Shown here piece after piece: positions 63,650 through 64,000 of a stretch of DNA of 64,000 nt. The notes under the pieces are model-generated. The model did no database searches. It was not told where the DNA came from and worked only from the letters and a program-made list of their open reading frames with translations. Position 1 is the first letter of the stretch; each line of letters starts with the position of its first letter. Made by a program: the position numbers and the translations under genes. The stretch is from Bacteroidota bacterium (GTDB taxonomy: Bacteria; Bacteroidota; Bacteroidia; Chitinophagales; JADIYW01): NCBI GenBank assembly GCA_020436225.1, contig JAGQYE010000007.1, positions 24,385-88,384 of the forward strand, given 5' to 3'.

Positions 63650-64000
63650 TTATTTTTTATCATGGCAATATGTGGAATATGATCTTCAATATACCACTCA
63701 CCTTCTACAACAAAACCATAACTTTCATAAAATTTTTGCAAGTATAATTGTGCTGAAATTTTAATTGGTTCGTTTGGAAATAATTGTTGCATTTGACGCA
63801 TCGCTTCTTGCATTAATGTTCTGCCTAAACCTTCTTTTCTTCTTTGAGTTTGGCTTACCACTCGACCAATTGAAACGTATTCGTCATAGGAAATTCCTTT
63901 CGGCACTAAACGGCAATATGCTAATAATTCTTCTTTTTCATACAAGAATAAATGACAGCAATGTTTGTCTTTGTCATCAACATCTTTATAAATACAATCT
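63646..64000 (-). CDS. GNAT N-acetyltransferase, ElaA-like (5' end beyond the window)
   Basis: The C-terminal part (GRVVSQTQRRKEGLGRTLM, YESYGF, EDHIPHIAM) follows E. coli ElaA. The reading frame stays open upstream of the listed TTG start through 64000 (DCIYKDVDDKDKHCCHLFL), so the gene is truncated by the window edge. Confidence 0.75.
   Translation of the reverse strand, partial: DCIYKDVDDKDKHCCHLFLYEKEELLAYCRLVPKGISYDEYVSIGRVVSQTQRRKEGLGRTLMQEAMRQMQQLFPNEPIKISAQLYLQKFYESYGFVVEGEWYIEDHIPHIAMIKNN

Noticed and set aside
1-64000. Mobile elements, prophage, integrative island, defence or toxin-antitoxin modules
   Set aside because: I found no integrase, transposase, recombinase, phage structural, restriction-modification, cas, reverse transcriptase or small paired toxin/antitoxin ORFs. 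There are no tRNA genes to serve as att sites. The only accessory-looking block is the glycan locus.

Overview
AT-rich (by eye), very densely packed chromosomal segment with about 65 protein genes. It most likely comes from a Bacteroidota bacterium. Supporting signs are a T9SS C-terminal sorting tail on one hydrolase, many exact TAnnTTTG -7 promoter boxes, Bacteroidota-typical DUF genes, no obvious Shine-Dalgarno sequences, and ftsX-DUF3098-uppP-truB-ribF synteny.

The content is mostly housekeeping: trxA, recF, ribH, hisS, gpmI, nadC, dnaE, acs, scoAB, dprA, dcd, tadA, an unannotated SRP RNA, truB and ribF. One accessory surface-glycan locus lies at about 28.6-39.0 kb. It holds a Wzx flippase, two GT2, two GT11 fucosyltransferases, a bacterial GT6, a YfhO-family membrane protein, a methyltransferase and a FemAB-fold acyltransferase. 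There is also a neutral ceramidase, a two-component system and a TolC/HlyD pair without a pump.

I saw no cas genes, integrases, transposases, tRNA/rRNA genes or recognisable defence or toxin-antitoxin modules, so I cannot point to a clear new protein-encoded system.

The least explained structures are non-coding:
- A tandem array of four ~90-bp units at 23968-24381. Each unit is a four-armed GCAGAGTC/GACTCTGC palindrome with two mutually exclusive folds, and a possibly related solo element lies at 48379-48432.
- An orphan promoter-plus-terminator pair upstream of dnaE, which is a candidate sRNA or leader.
- A recurrent TAnnTTTG-N4-ATG arrangement that implies leaderless mRNAs for at least five genes (a sixth has N6).

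All functional calls rest on motif and family recognition by eye, and no database search was run.
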